Below are positions 37,968 through 46,811 of a DNA stretch of 48,438 nucleotides, piece by piece; the stretch's first letter is position 1; every line of letters starts with the position of its first letter. The notes under the pieces were generated by a model that had not been told where the DNA came from, did no database searches, and worked only from the letters and a program-made list of their open reading frames with translations. The stretch comes from Stellaceae bacterium (GTDB lineage: Bacteria > Pseudomonadota > Alphaproteobacteria > ATCC43930 > CGMCC-115725). The stretch covers positions 1-48,438 of the forward strand of contig JBOHMF010000001.1 in assembly GCA_050730055.1 (NCBI GenBank), read 5' to 3'. The position numbers and the translations under genes are program-made.

Positions 37968-38834
37968 ATGAAGCCGGCGCGTTTCGAATACCGGGCTCCC
38001 GAGACCCTGGAAGAGGCGGTCACATTGCTCGCCGCCGATCCCGAGGCCAAACCGATCGCCGGCGGTCAGAGCCTGATGCCGCTGCTCGCCTTCCGCCTCG
38101 CCGCCCCGAGCCTTCTTGTCGATCTGCGGCGGGTCTGCGGACTCGACGGAATTGCCATCGGCGCCGACGGTGTCCGCCTCGGTGCCAGGGTGCGCTGGCG
38201 CGACATCGAGACCGACGGAAGGCTTGCGACCGCGCACCCGCTGTTGCGCGAGGCGGTCCGGCACGTCGCGCACTACCAGATCCGCAACCGCGGCACGGTC
38301 GGCGGCAGCCTTGCCCATGCCGATCCGGCGGCGGAACTGCCGGGGATCGCGGTCGCCTGCGACGGCGCGATCCGGGTGGTCGGCGCGGCCGGCGCGCGGA
38401 CAATCCCCGCGGCGGCGTTTTTTCTCGCGCCGCTCGAAACCGCGCTGCGTCCCGGCGAACTCGTCACCGAATTGCACCTGCCGCCCTGGCCCCGGGAGCG
38501 GCGCTGGGCATTCGGGGAATTTGCCCGGCGTCCCGGCGATTTTGCCCTTGCCGGGGTCGCCTTGTTCTATGACGAGGGTGCGCAGGGACACGCTCGCGAC
38601 ACGCACATCGCCGTCATCGGTGCCTGCCAGCGGCCGCACCGGCTGGCCGCGGTCGAGGGGATGTTGAACGGCCGCGCAATCGACGAGGTGGCGATTGCCG
38701 CAGCGGCGGAGGCGGCCTCCGCTGCGGTCGATCCGCCGCACGATCTGCACGCCGATGCCGATTACCGGCGCGCCCTTGTCGCCACCCTCCTCGCGCGCGG
38801 ACTTTCCGCCGCCGCCCGGACGGAAAGCCGCTGA
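37968..38834 (+). CDS. xanthine dehydrogenase family FAD-binding (medium, CoxM-like) subunit
   Basis: Start MKPARFEYRAPETLEEAV.LL (ATG 37968). IAGGQSLMPLL, ..IRNRGTVGGSLAHADPAAE.. motifs. Confidence 0.85.
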   Translation: MKPARFEYRAPETLEEAVTLLAADPEAKPIAGGQSLMPLLAFRLAAPSLLVDLRRVCGLDGIAIGADGVRLGARVRWRDIETDGRLATAHPLLREAVRHVAHYQIRNRGTVGGSLAHADPAAELPGIAVACDGAIRVVGAAGARTIPAAAFFLAPLETALRPGELVTELHLPPWPRERRWAFGEFARRPGDFALAGVALFYDEGAQGHARDTHIAVIGACQRPHRLAAVEGMLNGRAIDEVAIAAAAEAASAAVDPPHDLHADADYRRALVATLLARGLSAAARTESR

Positions 38835-39310
38835 TGAAGGTTGCCTTCACGGTCAACGGCAATGGGGTCGCGGTCGAGGTCGAACCGCGCCTCAGCCTCG
38901 CCGATTGCCTGCGCGACACATTGCGCCTGACCGGCACCCATATCGGTTGCGAGCACGGCGTCTGCGGCGCCTGCACCGTGATCGTCGACGGGGAAGCGGT
39001 GCGCTCCTGCCTGATGCTGGCGGTGCAGATGGACGGCAGCACGGTCACGACGATCGAGGGGCTGTCGCAGGATGAGGGCCTCTCCCCGCTGCAAACCGCC
39101 TTCAGGAAGCATCACGCGCTGCAATGCGGCTTTTGCACCCCCGGCATCCTGACCACCGCACATGCGCTTTTGAGCGAAGAACCGGATGCGAGCGAAGAAC
39201 GCATCCGTTCCGTGCTCTCCGGCAATCTGTGCCGCTGCACCGGCTACATCCCGATCGTCGAAGCGATCCTCGAAGCGCGCGCCGCCTATCGGCAAGGGGA
39301 GAAGCCGTGA
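38834..39310 (+). CDS. (2Fe-2S)-binding small subunit (CoxS-like)
   Basis: 158 aa. GCEHGVCGACTV and QCGFCTPG..CRCTGY cluster motifs. The start overlaps the coxM-like stop (TGATG). Confidence 0.9.
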   Translation: MKVAFTVNGNGVAVEVEPRLSLADCLRDTLRLTGTHIGCEHGVCGACTVIVDGEAVRSCLMLAVQMDGSTVTTIEGLSQDEGLSPLQTAFRKHHALQCGFCTPGILTTAHALLSEEPDASEERIRSVLSGNLCRCTGYIPIVEAILEARAAYRQGEKP

Positions 39311-41598
39311 CCCTGACCAATCGGTACATCGGCAGCCCGGTCGAGCGGGTCGAGGATCTGCGCTTTTTGCGCGGGCGCGGCGAATATGTCGGCGATCTCG
39401 CGCGCCCCGGCATGGTCCATGCCGCGCTCCTGCGCAGCCCTATGGCGCACGGCCATATCCGCCGGCTCGATGCCGCGCCGGCGCTGGCGGTTCCCGGTGT
39501 CCGGGCGGTCATCACCGCGGCCGAGATCGGCGCCATTCCCCGCATCCCGCTGCGCTTGCAGACCTCGCCCGCGACCGAGCCGTTTCGCCAGCCGGTCATT
39601 GCCGCAGACCGGGTGCGCTATGCCGGCGAGCCGGTCGCGCTCGTTCTTGCCGACAGCCCGGCCTTGGCCGAGGACGGGGTTGAGGCGATCCGGCTGGAGA
39701 TCGACGAACTGCCGGTCGTTGCCGATCGCCACATCGCGGCCCGCCACGAGATCCTGCTGTTTGACGAGGCCGGCACTAATCTGGCGATGAAATTCACCGC
39801 CCTCAAAGGCGATGCCGACGCGGCGTTCCGCGATGCGCCCTATACGCGCCGCGGGAGCTTCCGGGTGCAGCGTCACACCGCCCTGCCGATGGAGCCGCGC
39901 GGGCTTCTGGCCGAATGGGACGCGGCCTCCAGCCGGATGGTCGTCTCGGGCGCCGCCAAGGTGCCGTTTTTTAACCGCCGCACCGTCGCGGCGATGCTGG
40001 GTCTGCCGGACAGCGCGGTCGATCTGATCGAGAACGATGTCGGCGGCGGCTTTGGCGCGCGCGGCGAGTTCTATCCCGAGGATTTTCTGATCCCGTTTGC
40101 CGCGCGATACGTCGGGCGGCCGGTGCGCTGGCTCGAAGACCGCCGCGAGCATCTCTTGGCGATGAACCATGCCCGCGAGATGGAGGCCGAGGTCGAGATC
40201 GCCTGTTCTCGTGACGGCACGATCCTGGGGCTTCGTGGCGAGATCCATGTCGATCTCGGCGCCTATATCCGCACCAACGGGCTGACCGCGCCGCGCAATG
40301 TCGCGCAGTTCTTTAGCGGGCCGTACCGCATCCCGAACATCCGCATCGCCTCCTCGGCGCTCGTGACCAACAAGACCCCGACCGGGACCTATCGCGCTCC
40401 CGGCCGATACGAGGGCTGTTTTTTCTGCGAGCGGCTGATCGAGTTGGCGGCCAACGATCTGGGTCTCGACAGCGCCCTGATGCGCCGCAAAAATCTGATC
40501 GCCGACGCCGAGATGCCGTACAGGCTGGCCCGCGTCGAACCCGGCGATCTTTATGCCGAGAGCGAGTGCGACAGCGGCGACTATGCCCACGCTTTTGACC
40601 GCTGCCTCGCCGAGTTCGGCTGGAACGAAAAGAAGAAGGTGCAGGGGCAGTTGATCGATGGCCGCTATCATGGCGTCGCTGTCGCGTGCTTTATCGAGGG
40701 TGGCGGCGCCGGGCCAAAGGAACTGGCGCGGCTCACCCTGGAGGCGGACGGCTCGGTCACGGTCGCGGTCGGTTCGGCCGCGGTCGGGCAGGGGCTGGAG
40801 ACGGTGATGGCGCAGATCGCCGCCGACTCCCTGGGCTTGGCGATCGACCAGATTCGTGTCCGGCACGGCTCGACGACTTTGCTCGCCGAGGGTTACGGCG
40901 CCTTTCATTCGCGCTCGACCGTGCTCGGCGGCTCGGCCGTCAGCGAAGCCGCCGCCTTATTGGTCGGGAAGATCCGCACGGCGGCGGCCGGGCGTCTTGG
41001 TTGCGCCCCGTCCGCGATCGCGATCCAGGACGGCCGCGCCGGGGTGCGTGGCGGCGCTGCGCTCGCGCTCGCCGATCTCGCCGTGGACAATCTCGAAGCC
41101 GAATACGCCTTTGCCAACGATCACCGCCATACCTACGCCTATGGCACCGCGGCGGCGCATGTCGCGGTCGATCCCGGCACCGGGCAGGTCGATCTCCTCG
41201 ATTATCTTGTCGTCGAGGATGTCGGCCGCATCGTCAATCCGCTGACCCTGCATGGTCAGGTCATCGGCGCGACCGTCCAGGGTCTCGGCGGCGCGCTGCT
41301 GGAAGACCTCGTCTATGACGAGCACGGGCAGCTGCTCGCCGGAACGCTCGCCGATTACCTGATCCCGACCGCGCCCGATTTTCCCAATATCCGCGCGATC
41401 TCGCTCGAAGAGCGGCCGTCGCCGACCAACCCGCTCGGGGTCAAGGGTGCGGGCGAGGGCGGCATCATCCCGGTCGGCGGGCTGATCGCCAACGCGGTCG
41501 CCGGCGCCCTATCGGAATTGGGGTCCGCGCAGGGCGCCGCACCCGACACGCTGCCGCTGTCGCCGCCGCGGGTGTGGCGTCTCGCCAATCCGCAGTAA
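39307..41598 (+). CDS. xanthine dehydrogenase family molybdopterin-binding large subunit (CoxL-like, copy 3)
   Basis: GTG 39307 overlaps the small-subunit stop (GTGA). VTLTNRYIGSPVERVEDLRFLRGRGEYVGDL.., ..LRSPMAHGHI.., C-terminal GVKGAGEGGIIPVGGLIANAV. Confidence 0.85.
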   Translation: MTLTNRYIGSPVERVEDLRFLRGRGEYVGDLARPGMVHAALLRSPMAHGHIRRLDAAPALAVPGVRAVITAAEIGAIPRIPLRLQTSPATEPFRQPVIAADRVRYAGEPVALVLADSPALAEDGVEAIRLEIDELPVVADRHIAARHEILLFDEAGTNLAMKFTALKGDADAAFRDAPYTRRGSFRVQRHTALPMEPRGLLAEWDAASSRMVVSGAAKVPFFNRRTVAAMLGLPDSAVDLIENDVGGGFGARGEFYPEDFLIPFAARYVGRPVRWLEDRREHLLAMNHAREMEAEVEIACSRDGTILGLRGEIHVDLGAYIRTNGLTAPRNVAQFFSGPYRIPNIRIASSALVTNKTPTGTYRAPGRYEGCFFCERLIELAANDLGLDSALMRRKNLIADAEMPYRLARVEPGDLYAESECDSGDYAHAFDRCLAEFGWNEKKKVQGQLIDGRYHGVAVACFIEGGGAGPKELARLTLEADGSVTVAVGSAAVGQGLETVMAQIAADSLGLAIDQIRVRHGSTTLLAEGYGAFHSRSTVLGGSAVSEAAALLVGKIRTAAAGRLGCAPSAIAIQDGRAGVRGGAALALADLAVDNLEAEYAFANDHRHTYAYGTAAAHVAVDPGTGQVDLLDYLVVEDVGRIVNPLTLHGQVIGATVQGLGGALLEDLVYDEHGQLLAGTLADYLIPTAPDFPNIRAISLEERPSPTNPLGVKGAGEGGIIPVGGLIANAVAGALSELGSAQGAAPDTLPLSPPRVWRLANPQ

Positions 41599-41637
41599 GG
41601 CGCGCCCTCTTGGCGTGCCGATTTGAGGGAGGAACCG

Positions 41638-42015
41638 ATGGCTCTCGTCCCCTTGGCGACACAGGGCAACTACTTTCACGTCTATGATTTCCGGGTGAAG
41701 CCCGGCCGCGGCGACGCCTTTATCGCGGCGTTCAACGTCTTTGATTACGGCGACAACAATCCCTTTCACCGCTCGCCGGCGCAGGTCAAGGACGGAGTGT
41801 TGTGCCGTGACGCCGCCGATCCCGACCATTTCTATCTGATCGGCGAATGGACCGACATCGACGAGCATCGGCGCATCCGCGAACTGGTGGCGCGCGAGAT
41901 CAAGCCGGAATTTGTCCAGTTGATCGAGGGCGGCCATTTTGTTCCGACCTACGCCGAGATCGTGTCGATGACCCCGCAGGACGTGCTCGACAAGGCCGGC
42001 AAGACCGCGGCGTGA
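41638..42015 (+). CDS. small alpha+beta protein, ABM (antibiotic-biosynthesis-monooxygenase)-like
   Basis: ATG 41638 preceded by GGGAGGA. Size and pattern (..FHVYDFRVKPG..D.F..AF.....DPDHFYLIGEW.D.D.H...) are suggestive of a dimeric ferredoxin-like fold. The family call is tentative. Confidence 0.45.
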   Translation: MALVPLATQGNYFHVYDFRVKPGRGDAFIAAFNVFDYGDNNPFHRSPAQVKDGVLCRDAADPDHFYLIGEWTDIDEHRRIRELVAREIKPEFVQLIEGGHFVPTYAEIVSMTPQDVLDKAGKTAA

Positions 42016-42047
42016 CGGCCGCGCCCAGGCCGGGCAGAGGAGGAGAT

Positions 42048-42626
42048 ATGAGTACGGTCGATGCCAACCGGGTGATCCTGACCGGGGAAAATTCAGTCAT
42101 TCGTCTTAACGGCAGCGACAACGACGCCTTTACGACCAATGCCACCTTCTGGCGTCTCCTGTCGTCGCCGGGTGGACCCGGACATGTTCTCTACATCAAA
42201 AGCGAGCTGACGGGAGCGCGCTGGCGGATCTATTCGGATAATATCGCGATGACGCGATGGTTGCAGTCCACCGTGCTCGGGGCGATCAATGCCGAGTTGC
42301 GCGATCCGACCCTCGCCGTGACCGAAGCGCGGTTCAGCAAATCCGGCGACGCGCGCGATTTCTGGACCGAGCGTCTCGACACCAGCGATGAACAGATCGC
42401 GCTGACCTGGTACGAGTTTGGCGACCCGTTGCTGGTTCATACCCAGCCCAATACGATCCCGGGGCGCCCCTACGGGATGTGCACGGTGCTGGTGCCGGCG
42501 TTTGGCGCGCGGCTGATCCGCAACGGGATCGCGGCGGAAGGTCGGCCCTGGCCGCGGGAGCGCGAAGGCCGCCGGTCGAGCACCTGCGTCCTTGGGTTGT
42601 GCGAAAGCTGGACGGAAGCGCGATAG
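42048..42626 (+). CDS. hypothetical protein (192 aa), no family recognised
   Basis: ATG 42048 preceded by GGAGGAG. Coding-like composition, with G+C visibly lower than its neighbours. Co-oriented with the coxMSL-like operon. Confidence 0.5.
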   Translation: MSTVDANRVILTGENSVIRLNGSDNDAFTTNATFWRLLSSPGGPGHVLYIKSELTGARWRIYSDNIAMTRWLQSTVLGAINAELRDPTLAVTEARFSKSGDARDFWTERLDTSDEQIALTWYEFGDPLLVHTQPNTIPGRPYGMCTVLVPAFGARLIRNGIAAEGRPWPREREGRRSSTCVLGLCESWTEAR

Positions 42627-42676
42627 CAGGGCGGGAGCGGCCGCCGGCTGCCCCGCGGGTGCAGGGTCTCGCCGGA

Positions 42677-43156
42677 TCAGCCGGAGAAGGACACGCCGTG
42701 GCTGCCGAGCACGGCCCCGGCAATGGTGATGAGGCTTGCGATCAGCATGACCCAGTGAAACCGCCGGACGAGCCGCAGCGTGCTCTCGGGTGCGCGCGCC
42801 CGGCGCCGCTCCAGCCAGCGCTCGACAAACAACGGCTCGGCGACAAACAGCAGCAGCGTAAAGACGAGCCAGACCAGCACCATCGCATCGAGCCACCAGT
42901 AGCGGAGTGACGAGAACTCCGCCCACAGACCGAGCCGATCGACCATGAAAAAGCCGCTCGCCGCGGCAAGGAGGGTCGCTGCGCGGGCCTGCCAAGCGAA
43001 CCGGCGCTCAAAGGCGGCAAAGGCGGCGAGCCGCTCCTCTATGCTCTCGCGTGTCCCCAGCGCCGGCAGGATCACCGTCGTCACCATCGAAACGCCACCG
43101 ATCCAGACCACGATGGCGAGCACATGGACCGCCAGCGCGACCGCAAAATCGGCCAT
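42677..43156 (-). CDS. hypothetical integral membrane protein (about 4 TM)
   Basis: Hydrophobic helices (AVALAVHVLAIVVWIGGVSMV; ATLLAAASGFFMV; AMVLVWLVFTLLLFV; WVMLIASLITIAGAVL). Start uncertain (ATG 43156 or TTG 43189). Confidence 0.5.
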   Translation of the reverse strand: MADFAVALAVHVLAIVVWIGGVSMVTTVILPALGTRESIEERLAAFAAFERRFAWQARAATLLAAASGFFMVDRLGLWAEFSSLRYWWLDAMVLVWLVFTLLLFVAEPLFVERWLERRRARAPESTLRLVRRFHWVMLIASLITIAGAVLGSHGVSFSG

Positions 43157-43246
43157 CCCATCACCACGGGCGCGGATCGGCCGTAGCAATCCGGCGGCCG
43201 CAGGTTAAGATCATGCGACCGGCGAGCGGCGGCAAGGGAAGGCGCA

Positions 43247-43960
43247 ATGATCGGATGGCGAGCACGGCTGGGCTTTCTGCTGCCGCCCGGCAACCCGACC
43301 GTGGAAGCGGAGATGATCGCGCTGACGCCTGCCGGCGTGTCGGTGCATTTCAACCGCATGGTCGCGCGCGGTGTGCCCGGTTCGCTCAGCGGACAGGAGG
43401 CGCGCACCCGTTCGATGGTCGAGGCCCTCGACATCAGCGTCGAGATGCTGGTCCTGGCGAAGCCCGACATCATCGTCCTGGCCCATACCGCGACAAGCTA
43501 CGAGCTCGGCCAGCAGGGCGAGGCCGACCTCCTCGCGCGCCTGCGGCACACCTACGGCGTCCCCGTCATCACCGCGTTTGGCGCGGTTGTGCGCGCGCTG
43601 GAGCGCCTCGGGGTCAAGCGCGTGGCGCTCGGCGCGCCCTATTCGGCGGAAGCGACCCTCAAAGGAAAGGCGCATCTCGAGGCGCACGGGTTTCGCGTCG
43701 TCCGTTGCGACAATCTGAAGGGCGTCACCAACATCTACGACGAAACCGCCGAGCGCACCTACCGCCTGGCGCGCGCGGTCGATACCGCGGACGCCGAGGC
43801 GGTGTTTCTCTCCGGCACCGGGATGCCGACCGTGCCGGTGCTCGCGGCGCTCGAACGCGATCTGGAGAAGCCGGTCCTCTCCAGCGCCTCGGCGATGATG
43901 TGGCACGCCTTGCGCGAGAGCGGCGTGCGTGAGCCGGTCGCCGGCTACGGGCGTTCTTGA
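43247..43960 (+). CDS. maleate cis-trans isomerase / Asp-Glu-racemase-superfamily protein
   Basis: RLGFLLPPGNPTVE.EM ... and two half-site regions (..VLAHTATSY.. / ..FLSGTGMPT..) are typical of maleate isomerase and arylmalonate-decarboxylase-like proteins. In the first half-site the position usually held by Cys reads Thr (HTATS). Confidence 0.65.
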   Translation: MIGWRARLGFLLPPGNPTVEAEMIALTPAGVSVHFNRMVARGVPGSLSGQEARTRSMVEALDISVEMLVLAKPDIIVLAHTATSYELGQQGEADLLARLRHTYGVPVITAFGAVVRALERLGVKRVALGAPYSAEATLKGKAHLEAHGFRVVRCDNLKGVTNIYDETAERTYRLARAVDTADAEAVFLSGTGMPTVPVLAALERDLEKPVLSSASAMMWHALRESGVREPVAGYGRS

Positions 43961-43980
43961 CCTTGGTGTGAGCGGACGCT

Positions 43981-44373
43981 TCAGCCGCCGCCTTCGGGGG
44001 TCGTGCCGTAGGGCCGGGTGATCAGTTCGAGGAGATGACCGTTCGGGTCGTCAAAATAGACCCCGCGGCCGCCATAGCGGTGATTGATCTCGCCCGGCAG
44101 TTCGCGGCGCTGGGTCGCGTAATGCTTGACGCCCCCGGCGCGGATGCGGGCAAGCGCGGCGTCAAACTCGGCTTCGCCGACGAGAAAGGCGTAATGCCGG
44201 GGGCTGATAGTCTCGGCCTCGGCAAAATCGAGGGTGACCCCGTTATCCGTGCGCACCGGGACAAAGTGGCCCCATTCCGGTCCCGCCTCCAGACCCAGGA
44301 TCCCGGCGAGGAACTTGGCCGAAGCCCATTTGTCCCTGGCCGCGATGATTGTGTGGTTGAGTTCGATGCTCAT
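43981..44373 (-). CDS. VOC-family protein
   Basis: Start MSIELNHTIIAARDK (ATG 44373). ..HYAFLV.E.EFD... and ..VYFDDPNGHLLEL.. glyoxalase-like motifs. Confidence 0.7.
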   Translation of the reverse strand: MSIELNHTIIAARDKWASAKFLAGILGLEAGPEWGHFVPVRTDNGVTLDFAEAETISPRHYAFLVGEAEFDAALARIRAGGVKHYATQRRELPGEINHRYGGRGVYFDDPNGHLLELITRPYGTTPEGGG

Positions 44374-44395
44374 TTCCGCTCTCCTCCCAAAAGAC

Positions 44396-45532
44396 CTATT
44401 CGACGCGCGCGGCGAGCCGCGAGAGATGATAGGCAGGGTCGCCAAAGCTGTGTTCGATGACCATGACGCGGCGGAAATAATGGCCGACCGCGTATTCCTC
44501 GGTCATGCCGATGCCGCCGTGCAACTGGACGGCATTCTGCGCGACAAAGCGGCTCGCCTGACCGACACCGACCTTGGCCATCGCCAGATTGTGCGACCGC
44601 TCCGCGGGGTCGGGCTCGTTGACCATCATCGCCGCCAGCAGCGCCAGACTGCGGCCCTGTTCGAGCGCGATCAGCATTTCCGCGGCGCGGTGCTGCAACG
44701 CCTGGTTCTGCCCGATCGGCCGGCCGAACTGCTGGCGCGTCTTCAGATATTCGAGGGTCATCCCATGCATCGCTTCCATCGCCCCGATCGCCTCGGCCGA
44801 GGTCGCCGCGATGCCCGCCTCGACGACCCGCTCGATGACCGGAAACGCCCGGCCGGGTTCGCCCAATACGTCATCGCGGCCGACCTCGACCGCGTGAAGC
44901 GCGACCTCGGCCGCGCGCGTGCCGTCGCGCATCGGGTAGGAGCGGCGGGCGACGCCGTTTGCCTTGGCATCGACCAGAAACAGGCCGAGACCGTCGGGAT
45001 CGTCGCGTTCGCCCGAGAGACGCGCGCTGACGATCAGCCGATCGGCGCTGTCGCCGTGGACGACGACGCTCTTGGCGCCGTCGAGCACCCACCCATCGGC
45101 CTTCGGTTTGGCTGTCGTCAGCACATCGCTGAGGTCATAGCGCGCCTGGCGCTCGCCATGGGCAAAGGCCAGGGTCGTGCGGCCCTCGGCGATCTGCGGC
45201 AGGATCGCCGATTTCTGCGCGGCGCTGCCGTAGAGGCCGAGCGCGGTGCTGCACAGCACCACCGTCGCCAGATAGGGTTCGAGCGCCAGGACCCGGCCAA
45301 ACGCTTCCATCACCAGCATGGTCTCGATCGCGCCACCGCCAAACCCGCCATGCTCCTCGGCAAAGGGCAGCCCCAGGAGACCCTGCTCGGCATAGCGCGA
45401 CCACAGCGCCCGGCTCCAGCCCTCCGGCTCGGCGAGATAGGAGCGCCGCTGGGCAAAACCGTAATGGTCGGCAAGCAGCCGCTCGACGGATTCGCGCAGG
45501 AGGCGCTGCTCATCGGTCAGATCAAAATTCAT
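44396..45532 (-). CDS. acyl-CoA dehydrogenase family protein
   Basis: 378 aa. MNFDLTDEQRLLRESV.. plus the ACAD middle and C-terminal helical domain pattern. The ATG overlaps the upstream ACAD stop (TGATG). Confidence 0.85.
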   Translation of the reverse strand: MNFDLTDEQRLLRESVERLLADHYGFAQRRSYLAEPEGWSRALWSRYAEQGLLGLPFAEEHGGFGGGAIETMLVMEAFGRVLALEPYLATVVLCSTALGLYGSAAQKSAILPQIAEGRTTLAFAHGERQARYDLSDVLTTAKPKADGWVLDGAKSVVVHGDSADRLIVSARLSGERDDPDGLGLFLVDAKANGVARRSYPMRDGTRAAEVALHAVEVGRDDVLGEPGRAFPVIERVVEAGIAATSAEAIGAMEAMHGMTLEYLKTRQQFGRPIGQNQALQHRAAEMLIALEQGRSLALLAAMMVNEPDPAERSHNLAMAKVGVGQASRFVAQNAVQLHGGIGMTEEYAVGHYFRRVMVIEHSFGDPAYHLSRLAARVE

Positions 45533-46737
45533 CAGAGCCCCAGCACCGCCTTGGTCAGGATGTTCTTCTGGATCTCGTTGGTGCCGCCATAGATCGAGGC
45601 GGCGCGCAGAAAGAGATAGCTCTTGGTCGCTTCGCTCGCCCAGGCGGGACCGAGTTCCGGCTCGTTGCTGAGCGCTTCCAGTTCCTGCGCCCAGTCGGGC
45701 ATCGCCAGGGGTCCGCCGACATCCATCGCCAGTTCGGTCGTCGCCTGCAACAGTTCCGTCCCCTTGATCTTCAAGGCCGAGGACAAGGGATCGGGCTTAC
45801 CCGCCTCCTTTTTGGCGTAATCGGAGACAACGCGGAGCTGGGTGATCTCCAGCGCCTTGATATCGACCTCCAACTGCGCGACGCGCTGGCGGAAGGTCGG
45901 GTCCTCGATCAGCGGCTTGCCGTGGGCGCGCACCTCATGCGCCGTCTCGCGGGCAAACCTGACCCGCTCCTTTGATTTGCCGAGCCGGGCGATGCCGGTG
46001 CGTTCGTTGCCGAGGAGGTATTTGGCGACATCCCAGCCGCGGTTCTCCGCAAAGACGCGCATCTCGACCGGAACCCGGACATCGTCAAAAAACACCTCGT
46101 TCAGGTGATGGCTGCCGTCGATCGAGATGATCGGCCGCACCGTGATCCCCGGCGTCTTCATGTCGATCAGCAGAAACGAGATGCCTTCCTGCCGCTTTTT
46201 TGCCGCCGGATCGGTGCGCACCAGACAGAAGCACCAGTCGGCGTGATGCGCCGTCGAGGTCCAGACCTTCTGACCGTTGACGATGTAGTGGTCGCCCTCG
46301 CGCCGGGCCGCGGTCTTGAGCGCGGCGAGATCGGACCCCGCGCCCGGTTCCGAGAACCCCTGGCACCACCAGTCATCGATATTGGCGGCGCGCGGCAGAA
46401 AGCGGCGCTTCTGCTCCTCGGTGCCAAACTGGATCAACACCGGGCCGATCATCGTGATGTTGAAGGAGGAGACCTCGGGGGCCGGCGCCAACTGGTTCTC
46501 TTCGAGAAAGATCATGCGCTGGATCGGGGTCCAGCCGGGCCCGCCATAGTCCCGCGGCCAGTTGAACGCGGCCCAGCCGCGCTCGTTGAGGATGCGTTGC
46601 CAGCGTACCGTATCCTCTTTTTGCGGCGCATAGCCGAGCCGCATCCGCTCGCGGATGTCATCCGGCAGGTGATCCCGGATAAACCCTCGGATCTCGTCGC
46701 GAAACGCCAGTTCATCGGCGGTGAAACGCAGATCCAT
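45532..46737 (-). CDS. acyl-CoA dehydrogenase family protein
   Basis: 401 aa. MDLRFTADELAFRDEIR.., ..WCQGFSEPGAGSDLA.., C-terminal IYGGTNEIQKNIL. Confidence 0.85.
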   Translation of the reverse strand: MDLRFTADELAFRDEIRGFIRDHLPDDIRERMRLGYAPQKEDTVRWQRILNERGWAAFNWPRDYGGPGWTPIQRMIFLEENQLAPAPEVSSFNITMIGPVLIQFGTEEQKRRFLPRAANIDDWWCQGFSEPGAGSDLAALKTAARREGDHYIVNGQKVWTSTAHHADWCFCLVRTDPAAKKRQEGISFLLIDMKTPGITVRPIISIDGSHHLNEVFFDDVRVPVEMRVFAENRGWDVAKYLLGNERTGIARLGKSKERVRFARETAHEVRAHGKPLIEDPTFRQRVAQLEVDIKALEITQLRVVSDYAKKEAGKPDPLSSALKIKGTELLQATTELAMDVGGPLAMPDWAQELEALSNEPELGPAWASEATKSYLFLRAASIYGGTNEIQKNILTKAVLGL

Positions 46738-46811
46738 CGCTCAACTCCTCTCCCGCGCCGCCCCATTATAGATCGTCAACCCGATGCGGTCCGCCAAGGA
46801 TCAGCAGGCGA

